A stretch of DNA of 63,064 nucleotides, the filler included, from Chiloscyllium plagiosum (taxonomy: Eukaryota), in the NCBI RefSeq assembly GCF_004010195.1. It is 5 parts of one record of this genome, joined end to end, with 100 filler letters (N's around TTAATTAATTAA, not from the genome) between each part and the next. Parts side by side here need not be neighbours in the genome. Positions count along the whole stretch, not along the records: positions 1 to 19,724 come from NC_057710.1; 4 more parts are not named here. One strand, written 5' to 3'. Shown here piece by piece: positions 1 to 11,609 of this stretch (position 1 is the stretch's first letter; every line of letters begins with the position of its first letter). The position numbers and the translations under genes were made by a program. The notes under the pieces were generated by a model. The model did no database searches, had not been told where the DNA came from, and worked only from the letters and a program-made list of their open reading frames with translations.

Positions 1-670
1 TATCTCTATAAAAGTGTCCGGGAGTTGGAAACTAATTGTACCTTATTTTAAACATTTACTGACATCAGTTCAACTCATGATATACTGGGAATTGCAATAT
101 TTATCTTGTGATGAATTACAAAAGTGACTTTCAGTCCAAATTGGTGTTCAAAAGAAGAACAACTGCATTCAAGCATTCTATTAGTACTATAAATTCAAAT
201 TGTTCACTTTAATCATCGATTAGACCTGATAAATAGCAAAAAAAAAGCTTTAGTCTGAATAATTACAACAGAATCTGTAAATAAACATCATAGTAGAGGA
301 AACTATCATGTGATAAATATGTGATTTTGTTCAGTCTTACAGCTATATTTATACACAGTTCTAAGTTTCTTGTAATTTTGAACATGCATGATAATGTTTC
401 ATTTTCTGTCCCTTCGCTCTGTCAAACAGAATGCAGCTAATTATTTTGGTGCTGCTGTAACAATGAGGTGTGTGGACAATGCAGAGATGCTTCAGGAATG
501 AGTGGCAGGTGGAAAATGTAGACAAATGTGACATTATCTACTTTGGAAGCAAAAACAGGAAGGCAGATTACTATCTGAATGGCTATATATTGGGAGAAGG
601 GAATGTACAATGATATCTGGGTATCAGATACTGAAGAAAACTGATTTTGCCTAAAATGTCAACTCTCAGA

Positions 671-976
671 GTACGGTAGCTCAATGGTTAGCACTGTTGC
701 CTCACAGCACCAGGGTCCCAGGTTTGATTCTACCCTTGGGTGACTGTGTGGAGTTTGCACATTCTCCCTGAGTTTGCGGGTTTCCTCCTGGTGCTTTGGT
801 TTCCTCCCATAGTCCAAAGATGTGCAGTTCAGGTGAATTGGCGATGCTAAATTGCCCATAGTGCTAGATGCATTAGTCAGAGGGAAATGGGTCTTGGTAG
901 GTTACTCTTCAAGGGTCGATGTGGACTGGTTAGGTCGAAGGGCCTGTTTCCACACTGTACGGAATCTAATCTAATC
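671..976 (+). mobile_element. HE1-type tRNA-derived V-SINE
   Basis: tRNA-like head (ggtagctcaatggttagcac...ggtttgattc), V-SINE core (tgtgtggagtttgcacattctcc), CR1-like tail ending in (atcta)n. Confidence 0.85.
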
Positions 977-1374
977 CTGCTCCTCGAATGCTGTCTGACC
1001 TGCTGTGTTTTTCCAGCACCACACTCTCGACTGAAGGAAAACATGCAGGTGCTGCAGGCAGTAAAGAAAGCAAATGTTGTACTACTTAGGAATCAAATAC
1101 AGGAACAATGATGTCTTGTTGCAATTCTCACTGCCTGAGACCATACCGGCATGGTTTTGATCTTTTGATCTCCTTATCTGATGAGGTAGGATGTTTTTGG
1201 TATGGTGGGAGTTCAGCAGAAGGTTTACCACCTGATTCCTGGGATGGTGGGACTCAGTTAGGATAATGTTTGGTGGTGTTCAGTAGAATGAGGGGATAAT
1301 CTTGAAGAAACCTATAAAGTTTTAGCAGGTCTAGACAGGGTAGATGCAGGAAGGATGTTCATAATGACAGGAAG

Positions 1375-2287
1375 TTAGGTGGACAGGCAGGTAGTTCTGA
1401 GGAAGTGGGGAGGCTGCAGAAGGATCTAGACAGTTTGGGAGAGTGGTCCAGGAAATGGCTGATGGAATTCAATGTGAGCAAATGCAAGGTCTTGAACTTT
1501 GGAAAAAAGAATACAAGCATGGACTACTTTCTAAACGGTGAGAAAATTCATAAAGCCAAAGTACAAAGGGATCTGGGAGTGCTAGTCAAGGATTCTCTAA
1601 AGGTAAACATGCAGGTTGAATCCATGATTAAGAAAGTGAATGCTATGTTGTCATTTATCTCAAGAGGGTTGGAATATAAAAGTAGCGATGTGCTATTGAG
1701 CCTTGATAAAGCTCTGGTTAGGCCCCATTTGGAGTGCTGTGTCCAGTTTTGGTCCCCACACCTCAGGAAGGACATATTGGCACTGAAGCATCTCCAGCAT
1801 AGATTCACATGGATGATCCCTGGAATGGTAGGTCTAATATACGAGGAACGGCTGAGGATCCTGGGATTGTATTCATTAGAGTTTAGAAGATTAAGGCGAG
1901 ATCTAATAGAAACTTACAAGATAATACATGGCTTGGAAAGGGTAGACACTAAGAAATTGTTTCTGTTAGGTGAGGAGACTAGGACCTGTGGGCACAGCCT
2001 TAGAATTAGAGGGGGTAAATTCAGAACAGAAATGCGGAGACATTTCTTCAGCCAGACAGCGGTGGCCTGTGGAATTCATTGCCGCGGAGTGCAGTGGAGG
2101 CTGGGACGCTAAATGTCTTCAAGGCAGAGATTGATAAATTCTTGATGTCACAAGGAATTAAGGGCTTCGGGGGGAATGTGGGTAAGTGGAGTTGAAATGC
2201 CCATCAGCCATGATTAAATGGCAGAGTGGACTAGATGGGCCAAATGGCCTTACTTCCACTCCTATGTCTTATGGTCTTATGGTCTTA
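1375..2287 (+). mobile_element. CR1 LINE 3' fragment (RT C-terminal region and tail)
   Basis: ORF 1405-2112 has LQKDLD..W...W.MEFNVSKCKV, QRDLGV, LVRPHLE.CVQFWSP; ends in (ttatggtc)n tail. Confidence 0.9.
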
Positions 2288-3215
2288 TAGCTCCATAGTT
2301 CTCTTTATTCAACTGAAATATTGTCACTTCCGATTGTACCCTCTCCCTCTCAAATTGCAGATTGAAGCTTATTGCATTGTGGTCTTTACTTCCCAATGGC
2401 TCCTTCACTTCGAGGTCCCTGATCAATTCTGGTTTTCAACTTACATCGACATCCAGACTACTGTTTGGGGGCCTGTAGATAACTCCCAAGAGGGTCTTTT
2501 TACCCTTAGAATTTCTCAGCTCTATCCATACTGACTCCACATCCCCTGATTCTAGGTCCCTCCGCGCAAGGGACTGAATATCATCCCTTACCAACAAGGC
2601 CACCCCACCCCCTCTGCCCGTCAGTCTGTCCTTACGATAGCACGTGTAGCCTTGAGTATTCATTTCACAGGCCTTGTCCACTTGAAGCCACGTCTCAGTT
2701 ATCCCCACAATATCATATCTGCCAATTTCCAAAAGAGCCTTAAGCTCAACCATCTTATTTCTAATGCTTCGTGCATTCATATATAGTATTTTTAATTTGT
2801 TACTGCCCTCACCCTTCCCATCAACTCCTATTTCACTTAACCTTACAGCGTGATCCCTTTTTGAGTTTTCTGCCTCATTGATACAGTTGTCTTTCTTGAC
2901 TTCTCTTGTTCTAACTTTCCCTTCCATTTCCTTCTTAAACATCCAGTTTGTCCCCTCCACCCCCCGGCTACTTAATTTAAACGTAGCTGTGTTGCAGTAG
3001 CAAACCTGCCTGCCAGAATTTATGCTTACACAAAACATACCCCAGTGATCCAAGAATTTAAATCCTTGCTTCCTGCACCAGTTCCCCAGCCACATGTTCA
3101 AGTCCATTATCTCCCTGTTTCTGGTTTCACCAGCCCGAGGAACTGGAAGCAAACCAGAGAAAACTATCCTGGACCTCCTGCTTTACAGCCTTCTTCCTAG
3201 TTCTCCGAAGTCCCG
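2288..3215 (-). mobile_element. CR1 LINE fragment (ORF1 C-terminus plus APE endonuclease)
   Basis: ORF 2436-3152 has YMNARSIRNK, IVGITETW, GGGVALLV, GVIYRPPN; near-identical to 60955-61635. Confidence 0.9.
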
Positions 3216-3220
3216 CTGTA

Positions 3221-3595
3221 GTGTGTTGCAGAGACCCCGGAGTCTGTTACAGAGATCCCGAGGCCTGTTACAGAGATCCCGGAGTGTGTTACAGAGACCC
3301 CGGAGTCTGTTACAGAGATCCCGGAGTCTGTTACAGAGACCCCGGAGTCTGTTACAGAGACCCTGGAGTATGTTACAGAGACCCCGGAGTCTGTTACAGA
3401 GATCCCGGAATGTGTTACAGAGACCCAGGGGCCTGTTACAGAGACCGTGGGGCCTGTTGCAGAGACCCCACGGCCTGTTGCAGAGACCCCACGGCCTGTT
3501 GCAGAGACCCCGCGGCCTGTTGCAGAGACCCCGCGGCCTGTTACAGAGACCCCGCGGCCTGTTACAGAGACCCCGCAGCCTGTTACAGAGACCTC
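3221..3595. repeat. 21-bp minisatellite, 18 units
   Basis: Unit ~ctgttacagagaccccggagt / ctgttgcagagaccccgcggc; translates to 18 xLQRxxx heptads. Confidence 0.95.
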
Positions 3596-3780
3596 TGCTG
3601 ATGTCAACTAGCAACTGTAGGACTTAACGACGGAGGAACAAAAAGAAGAAAGAAAGGTGAACTCTTTTGCCGTCGGTTTTGCTGTAAAATCTTTCTTTAT
3701 ATTCAATGTTTTAATATGGCGCTGCAGCATGGTGGCACTTTGTGTATGGCACGCAGGAAAACACTTTGCACTTCATTGTT

Positions 3781-4050
3781 TTAGATTACTTACAGTGTGG
3801 AAACAGGCCCTTCAGCCCAACAAGTCCACACTGACCTGCCAAAGCACAACCCACCCAGACCCATGCTCCTACACCTAACACTATGGGCAATTTAGCATAG
3901 CCAATTCACCTGACTTGCACATTTTTGGACTGTGGGAGGAAACCCATACAGATACAGGGAGAATTTGCAAACTCCGCACAAATAGTCACCTGAGGCGGGA
4001 ATTGAACCCCGGTCTCTGGCGCTGTGAGGCAGCAGTGCTGACCACTGTGC
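3781..4050 (-). mobile_element. HE1-type V-SINE (partial)
   Basis: Reverse complement of the 7323-7654 SINE, including tail and tRNA head. Confidence 0.85.
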
Positions 4051-5129
4051 CAGTTCTTATGAAATGTGGCAATGTATCTAAATCTAAATTCAAAAATGTC
4101 AAGCTGGCCCCACCATTCTGTCCAATTATGGCCAGTCTTGGGCTTTGGCTCCCTTTCCTCACCTTCTTCCCGTACCTTTTGGTTTTTTGAGGGGTCTTAA
4201 ATGTCTTAAATGTATTAAGTAATGGAGCAATAAATTAAGAGTCTCTTCCAGTTAGAACAGGAAGTGGGATTGCTCAAACACCTGTGACCAAGAAGGTCCT
4301 GGTGGTTATGGCACTCAGGGAGGGAAGTGGCACCCAAGGGTACAGGCTTGGTTTCACTGCAAGTTATGGATACTCATGGTTGGAGCATATGGAAGATCTG
4401 ATCTGTGAAGGCACCTGAGGCCTACCATCAGGTCGGCTTGCTGCTCCAATGGAAGCTGCTGTTGATATATAGCTTTGAGTTTAGTGCCCTTAGCGCTTCA
4501 TCGCTGGGTCTCCCCACCATCCCTCCTCACCAGTCCTGTTTCACATGGGTAGCCCTTGTCTCCAGGCACCCAGAAGGTCAGCCTGCTCCACCATACACTT
4601 GGGGACGATGGGCTATTCCATCCTGGTAACTGCATACTTTTGAAATGGTGTGGTCAACCGTGAGCTCTGCAGTGGTGGCATGGAAGCCCTTCCATGCTTC
4701 ATGACATGAGTGTACCATGTTAAGGGAAGGAGCAGGAGGTTTGGAGGGAATATGAGGAAAATCATTTTCACCCAGATGATGGTTGGAATCTGGAACTCCC
4801 TCCTGTAAGGGTGGCATTTAAGAAGTATTTAAAGGCATACCAAGGTATACCAAGACATAAAAGCTGGAAAATAGGATTAGACTAGCTAGGTACTTGTTTT
4901 TGACCAGCACAGACTGAATGGCCTCTCTTCAATCTCTACAACTCAATGATGTCCTACCCCCAGCAGAATTCAGAAAAAGAGGAAGACACAAGCACCCACT
5001 CATTCTGGCGAGCATCATCGGTGGCAAAGTGCCCATAATTACTGGCTCTAGTAGACATAGTGAAATTCTGCAGCCTTCTAGCTGTACAAAGCCTGAGCAA
5101 TGACATCGAGTACAGTGTGGCCATTAAGG

Positions 5130-5517
5130 GGAACATATGAGGAACATTTGAGGTCTCTGGGTCTATACTCGATGAAGTTTAGAAGGTTGAAACTTACAGA
5201 ATACTGAATGAACTGGACAGAGTGAATGTTGGGAAGATGTTTTCTTTGGTACAAGAGACTAGGACCCGTGGGCACAGCCTTAGAGTAGAACGGAGGTGAG
5301 GAGAAATGTCTTCAGACAGAGAGTGCTGAATCTAGGTCATTGGATATATTTACGACTGAGATAGGTAGGTTCTTGCGTATCAAGGGAATTAAGGGCTACG
5401 GGGAGAAAGCAGGAGAGTGGGGCTGAGAAATGTATCCACGAAAATTGAATGGTGGAGCGGACTCGATGGGCTAAAAGACCTAATGTCTGCTCCGATGTCT
5501 TATGGTCTTATGGTCTT
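5130..5517 (+). mobile_element. CR1 3' end remnant
   Basis: LGLYS.KFRR-like sequence; (ttatggtc)n tail. Confidence 0.75.
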
Positions 5518-5879
5518 AGGCCCAATTGCTCCTTTCCCTGTGGGCTGCTAATGGCTGCCAACCCCAGGCTTCCTGAGACAGATAGTTCCAAAGAAGGTCA
5601 CCCTTCCCTCATGCAAGCAATGATTTGCAAATCGTATCCTCTCTCCTGAGGAGTGGTGCACTCAGGCAACACACATATTCACCTGCTATTCCTCAAATTC
5701 AAAAGAGATATTAATGTGTCAATCACCCAAGTGTTTGAAAGTTGCCTCTGAAGCAGTAAATGGAAGTCTCCTAAAATGTAACAAAGGGAAGTTCTCGATG
5801 AGAAAATGAAGACATTTACAGTCAGAGCAAGAAGTAACACAGCTGTCAGTATTGACAGGTACCTTCTTACATTCTCCCT

Positions 5880-6550
5880 TGTTCTCCACGTCGGGGGGGA
5901 AATTGCCCCACTGGTCCTCACCTACCACCCCACCAATCTCCATGTACAGCGCATCATCCGCCGTCATTTCCGCTACCTCCAAACGGACCCCACCACCAAG
6001 GATATATTTCCGTCCCCTCCCCTATCAGCATTCCGTAAAGANNNNNNNNNNNNNNNNNNNNNNNNNNNNNNNNNNNNNNNNNNNNNNNNNNNNNNNNNNN
6101 NNNNNNNNNNNNNNNNNNNNNNNNNNNNNNNNNNNNNNNNNNNNNNNNNNNNNNNNNNNNNNNNNNNNNNNNNNNNNNNNNNNNNNNNNNNNNNNNNNNN
6201 NNNNNNNNNNNNNNNNNNNNNNNNNNNNNNNNNNNNNNNNNNNNNNNNNNNNNNNNNNNNNNNNNNNNNNNNNNNNNNNNNNNNNNNNNNNNNNNNNNNN
6301 NNNNNNNNNNNNNNNNNNNNNNNNNNNNNNNNNNNNNNNNNNNNNNNNNNNNNNNNNNNNNNNNNNNNNNNNNNNNNTCCTAACCTGCAATCTTCTTCCC
6401 GACCTCTCCGCCCCCACCCCAGTCTGACCTTTCACCCTCACCTTGACCTCTTTCCACCTATCACATTTCTGACGCCCCTTCCCCAAGTCCCTCCTCCCTA
6501 ACTTTTATCTTAGCCTGCTGGACAAACTTTCCTCATTCCTGAAGAAGGGC
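5880..6550 (+). mobile_element. Penelope-like element fragment spanning an N gap
   Basis: PLVLTYHPTNL...RHFRYLQTDPTTKDIFPSPPLSAFRK; terminus with cctgaagaagggc. Confidence 0.8.
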
Positions 6551-7135
6551 GAATGAGGCATATGTCAAGTATAGACAGTGGGATCAAATAAATCCCTGGA
6601 AGAGTATAAGGGAAGTACACTTAAATGGGAAATCAGGAGGGCAAAAAGAAGGCATGTGGTAGCTTTGGCAAATAAGGTTAGCGAGAATCCTAAGATAAAT
6701 AAGGGCAAAAGCGTAACTAGGGAGATAATACGGCCCCTTAAAGATCAACGGGGCTGTCTATGCGTGAAGCCACAGGACATGGGTTAGATACTAAACAAAT
6801 CATTTGTGTCAGTATTTACTATGGAGAAAGACATGGAAGTGAGGGAACATGGGGAAGCAAATACTTATGTCTTGAAAAGAGTCCCCATTACAGAACATGA
6901 GATACTAGAGGTCTCTTAGGTAGATAAATCCCTGTGACTTGATCAGTTGTATCCTAGTACATACGGGAAGCTAGGGAAGAGATTGCTGGGCCCCGTGCTG
7001 AGATATTTGTATCATCGGCATCCACGTGGGATATGGGCCAAACGAAGGAAAATGAGACTAGTTTGATTTAGAAAACCCAGTCAGCATGAATGAGTTGGAC
7101 CGAAGGGTCTGTTTCCACGCTGTATGACTCACAGA
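6551..7135 (+). mobile_element. CR1 remnant with internal deletion
   Basis: EIRRAKRRH..LANKV.ENPK motif joined to CR1 3' tail (gttggaccgaagggtctgtttcc). Confidence 0.7.
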
Positions 7136-7322
7136 CTCTATTTCCAGCATCTGCAGATTGTTGTTTTATTTTCAGAGTTTCTCCGCCATTCTCTGTGTTT
7201 GCTCCAGATTTACAGAATTTGCAGAATTTTGCTTTAATGCAGGATATTTTATTGCCTTGATGTCTCTGGTGAATTCCAGGCAGCCCAGAACCAGGCCTCT
7301 GGTTTAACTTAAAAGCCTTGAT

Positions 7323-7654
7323 GGGCGGCACGGTGGCACAGTGGTTAGCACTGCTGCCTCGCAGCGCCAGAGACCCGGGTTCACTTCCCGACTCAGGCGA
7401 CTGACTGTGTGGAGTTTGCACGTTCTCCCCGTGTCTGCGTGGGTTTCCTCCGGGGGCTCCGGTTTCCTCCCACATTCCAAAGATGTGCAAGTCAGGTGAA
7501 TTGGCCATGCTAAATTGCCCGTAGTGTTAGGTAAAGGGGTAAATGTAGGGGTATGGGTGGGTTACGCTTCGGCGGGTCGGTGTGGACTTGTTGGGCCGAA
7601 GGGCCTGTTTCCACACTGTAAGTAATCTAATCTAATCTAATCTAATCTAATCTA
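7323..7654 (+). mobile_element. Full-length HE1-type V-SINE
   Basis: gggcggcacggtggcacagtggttagcactgctgcc head with Pol III A/B-like boxes, V-domain, (taatc)n tail; CpGs retained. Confidence 0.92.
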
Positions 7655-7865
7655 AAAATGAAACACCCATCCACCTATTGTCATCTTGAAATCACCAAAT
7701 TGCCTCATTTCCCAAGAGAATTTCACACACATGGACACAGCCTTCTTCTCCAGACACACAGAACCTTCTAGAACTGCTGCTGTGCATAGTCACAGTGTTG
7801 TCAGGGTGAAGGGAGGGGGAGTTCCAGGATTACAACCCAGTAACAATGAAAATCAGTGAAACTTG

Positions 7866-9567
7866 GAGGAAGTGAGGATTGCAGATACTGGAGATCAGAG
7901 TCGAAGAGTGTGGTGCTGGAAAGGCGCAGCCAGTCAGGCAGCATCTGAGGAGCAGGAGAGTCGATAAGCATAAGCCCTTCATCAGGAATGAGGGGGTGGC
8001 CCAAGGGGGCTGAGAGATAAATGGGAGGGGGGGGGTGGGGCTGTGGGGAAGGTAATTGGGAAAGCGATAGGTAGATGAAGGTTGGAGTGAAGGTGATTGG
8101 TCGGAGAGGAGGATGGAGCGGATAGGTGGGAAAGAAAATGGACAAGGAGGACAGTTCAAGAGGGTGCTGCCGAGTTGGGAGGTTGGATCTGGGATAAGGT
8201 AAGGAGAGGGGAGATGAGGAAACTGGCAAAATCTTCACCATGTACATCCAGTCCTTATACACATCTATCCAGCATGACAAAGGCTTCCAAACCCACCATT
8301 TCTTCCTCTCCTGTCGACCCCACCAACACCCTTCGCTTGGCTGAACTGGTCCTCACCCTCAATAATTTCTCCTTTGAATCCTCGCATTTCCTCCAGACCA
8401 AAGGAGTAGCCATGGGCACCCGCATGGGTCCCAGCTGTACCTGCCTCTTTGTAGGGTACATGGAACTGTCTATCTTCCGGAGTTACACCGGCACCAATCC
8501 CCACCTTTTCCTCCGCTACATTGATGGCTGTATCGGCCCAACCTCCTGCTCCCACGAGGAGGTAGAACAGTTCATCAACTTCATTCACATGTTCCAACCC
8601 GATCTTAAGTTCATCTCGGACACCTCCCTCCCCTTCCTGGACCTTTCCATCTCCATTAACATTGATGGACTCAACACGGATATCGACACAAACTCACCGA
8701 CTCCCATAACTACCTGGATTACACCTCCTCCTGCCCTGCCTCCTGTAAAAATACAATCCCTTTTTTCCAATTCCTCTGCCTCTGTTGCATCTGCTCCCAG
8801 GAGGACCAATTCCACCGCAGAACATCCCAGACGGCCTCCTTCTTCAAAGACTGCGATTTCCCCTCCCAGGTTGATGATGCCTTCCAGGGCATCTCATCCA
8901 CTTCCCTCACTTCGACTCTCGAATCCCACCCCTCCAACGCAACAAGGACAGAACCCTCCTAGTGCTCACCTTCCACCCCACCAACCTCCGGATGCATCGC
9001 ATCACTCTCCAACATTTCTGCCACCTACAAACAGATCCCACCACCAGAGATTTATTTCCCTCCCCGCCCCTATCTGCGTTCCATAAAGACCATTTCCTCC
9101 GCGACTCCCTTGTCAGGTTTATGCCTCCTACCAACCCACCCTCCTTTCCCAGCACCTTCCACTGCCACCGCAGGAATTGCAAAACTTGCGGCCACACCTC
9201 CCCCCCTTACCTCCATCCAAGACCTCAAAGGAGTCTTTCACATCTGTCAGAGATTTACCTGCACTTCCACACATGTCATATACTATATCTGTTGCACCCG
9301 ATGTGGTCTCTTCTATATTGGGGCGACAGGGCGCTTACTTGCAGAACACTTCAGGGAACATCTCCAGGACGCACGCATGAAACAATCTCACTGCCCCATG
9401 GCCGACCACTTTAATTCCCCCTCCCACTCTGCCAAGGACATGCAGGTCCTGGGCCTCCTCCACCGCCAAATCCTAACTACCCGACGCCTGGAGGAAGAAC
9501 GCTTCATCTTCCGCCTTGGGACCCTCCAACCACATGGGATCAATGTGGATTTCACCAGTTTCCTCAT
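7866..9567 (+). mobile_element. Penelope-like retroelement (RT + GIY-YIG, frameshifted) with inverted terminal segment 7866-8235
   Basis: LVLTLNNFSF..Q.KGVAMGTRMGP, FLRYIDG, LPFLDL (RT); VIYYICC.RC..FYIG.TGR.L...F.EH (GIY-YIG); upstream block is the reverse complement of the pseudo-LTR. Confidence 0.92.
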
Positions 9568-10404
9568 TTATTTATTTTCCAACCCTGGTTTACCGTAAGG
9601 ATGTGGTGGCAGGCTTTCGCTGTGAACGTTTGCGATTCTCCCTCTGTCTCAACAATTTCTCCTGTTCCATTGGAAAGTGTCCAACCGTCTCTCTCTTTCT
9701 CTCAATCTCTAAACTATTTCTGTAGTAAAGCCAACCAACTGCACCAATATCTGTGTGGAGGAAGTTAACCTGTTCCAGTGACAACATAAATTCATAGCTT
9801 CTTCATCTCTGACTCCCCAAGGAAGGAAACCTTCCTTCCTAATTCATCGATCATAATTTTCACTCTTTTTTTGTGCGAAAGCCTCAACTCAATTTCCTTT
9901 CTGCTTCATAGTCATCGTCCCAATGCCCTAACCTCTGCTTGGAAGAATAGCTTCCCATCTCTGTTATTGTAAAATTACAGATTTATTGCTTCATTTTCCT
10001 ATCAGGCAGGTTGTTATATTTTAGAGAGAAAAAGAATCACTTTATAATTTCTGTAAAACATTTCTTTCATGCCCTCTCTCATCTATTTGATCCTTAACCA
10101 ACTTATCTTTTAACCTGGTTGGACAGGACTTGCGTGTTGGCGGAAGATTAAACACACCATCAAGATCTTGTCTCACAGCCAGCAGAACAAATGCCAAATC
10201 TCAAAGGGAGAAAGTATCACTGCACATTGTTAATGGTTACAGTATTAACACAGTATTGGAATGTCATGCAATGTAAATTGTTGTTCCTGTTGAAATTTGG
10301 CATTCTTGTGTTTATCCTGATAAGTGCAGGATATAAAGCTTCAGCAGTGTGTCTTTTTTATCAGCAAGACTCATGTTCTTTAAATATACTGCACAACAGG
10401 AGGC

Positions 10405-10750
10405 TCATTGGCTCAGTGGCTAGTAGTGCTGCCTCATAGTGTCAGGGACCTGGGTTTGATTCCAGTCTTGGGTGACTGTCTATGTGGCGTTTGCACATTC
10501 TCCCTGTATCTGGGTGGATTTCCTCTAGGTGCTCTGGTTTCCTCCCACAGTCCAAAGGTGTGCATGTTAGGTGGATTGGCCATGCTAAGTTCTCCCATAG
10601 TGTCCAGGTATGTGCAAGCTTGATGGATTAGCCATGGGAAATACAAGATTACAGGTATGAGGTGATGGGGGTGAGTCCAGGTAGGGGTCCCTTTGGAGAG
10701 TCAGTGAGGTTTCAATGGACTAAATGGCCTACTTTCACACTGTAGGGATT
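10405..10750 (+). mobile_element. Diverged V-SINE
   Basis: Degenerate match to the 7323 SINE head and core. Confidence 0.75.
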
Positions 10751-11304
10751 CCATAACACAAGCCTTTTTAGTCTTACACCTATGAATTTGAGGTTTAATT
10801 CTCATCCCACATCGCAAACAAAGCAATGATAATCTCTGTTATAGATTGTTTCTTCCATTGCGAGCAGATGGGGCGTGAGCTTGAACTCCTGAGTCATGGC
10901 TCCTCACCACAACCTGGCAAGGGGCTGGCAGCAGTACCACAGCTAAGAAGATGCCCACCGTGGCCTAGCTGCAAAGACGTGTTGGCACCACCAGCTATGC
11001 CGGGCAGACAGTTGGATCTAGAATATCTTGCTTCTCAAAGGACAACTACCTGAGACACTGGCAGAAACCAAAATGATTGTAAAAAGATTCATTGAGAGTC
11101 AGTGGCAAAGTGGAGTTGTAGTTAAAAATCATCCCTGATTCTCTTCTATGTGTGAGTAAGCACGTCAGGCTATGCGGTATACCCCAGCTCTTTTTTCTTG
11201 TGTTCTTATAACATTTTTAAAACAGAGGCACTTCTTCTTACCACCTTTAAGGCTGGCAAGACTGTGATTTCTCAGAGCTGTACTGTGTGGCTATGGATAG
11301 ACAT

Positions 11305-11512
11305 GGGGTCAGTTGGCTCAGTTGGTTGGAGAGCTAGTTTGCAACACAGAGTGATACTGACAGCATGGGTTCAATTCTTGTATCATGGAGATTACCATGA
11401 ACATCTTCACTTGCCTGAATTGTGGTGACTCACTGGTTAAACCATCACCATCATCTCTCTCTAATAGGAGAACAGTCCTATGGTTCACTTGGACTGTAGG
11501 GACTTTATCTTT
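11305..11512 (+). mobile_element. Second tRNA-derived SINE family (related copy ~26757-26925)
   Basis: ggtcagttggctcagttggttggagagc...gggttcaattc head; similar head and gactttac/atcttt tail at 26757-26925. Confidence 0.55.
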
Positions 11513-11609
11513 AGTATGTGGGAGTTCCTGGAAACCAGCTTGGTCCAGAGCAAAAATGCCTGCAGGAAGATTTGTTTTACTCATCTCTTGCATATTCACA
11601 TTGCAGTTG

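Noticed and set aside
1375..3215. Twin-priming inversion of a single CR1
   Set aside because: The inverted 5' part lies downstream of the tail, the wrong side for twin priming; two separate copies is simpler
3221..3595. Possible CRISPR array or repeat-protein gene
   Set aside because: Head-to-tail units with no unique spacers, eukaryotic context, no clear splice signals; open frames follow from the 21-bp stop-free unit
5806..6501. Long ORFs spanning N runs (also 18159-18782)
   Set aside because: Length is inflated by unknown bases; the real parts are Penelope fragments
7323..7400. tRNA gene
   Set aside because: It is the tRNA-derived head of a SINE: it continues into the V-domain and CR1 tail, with no T-run terminator
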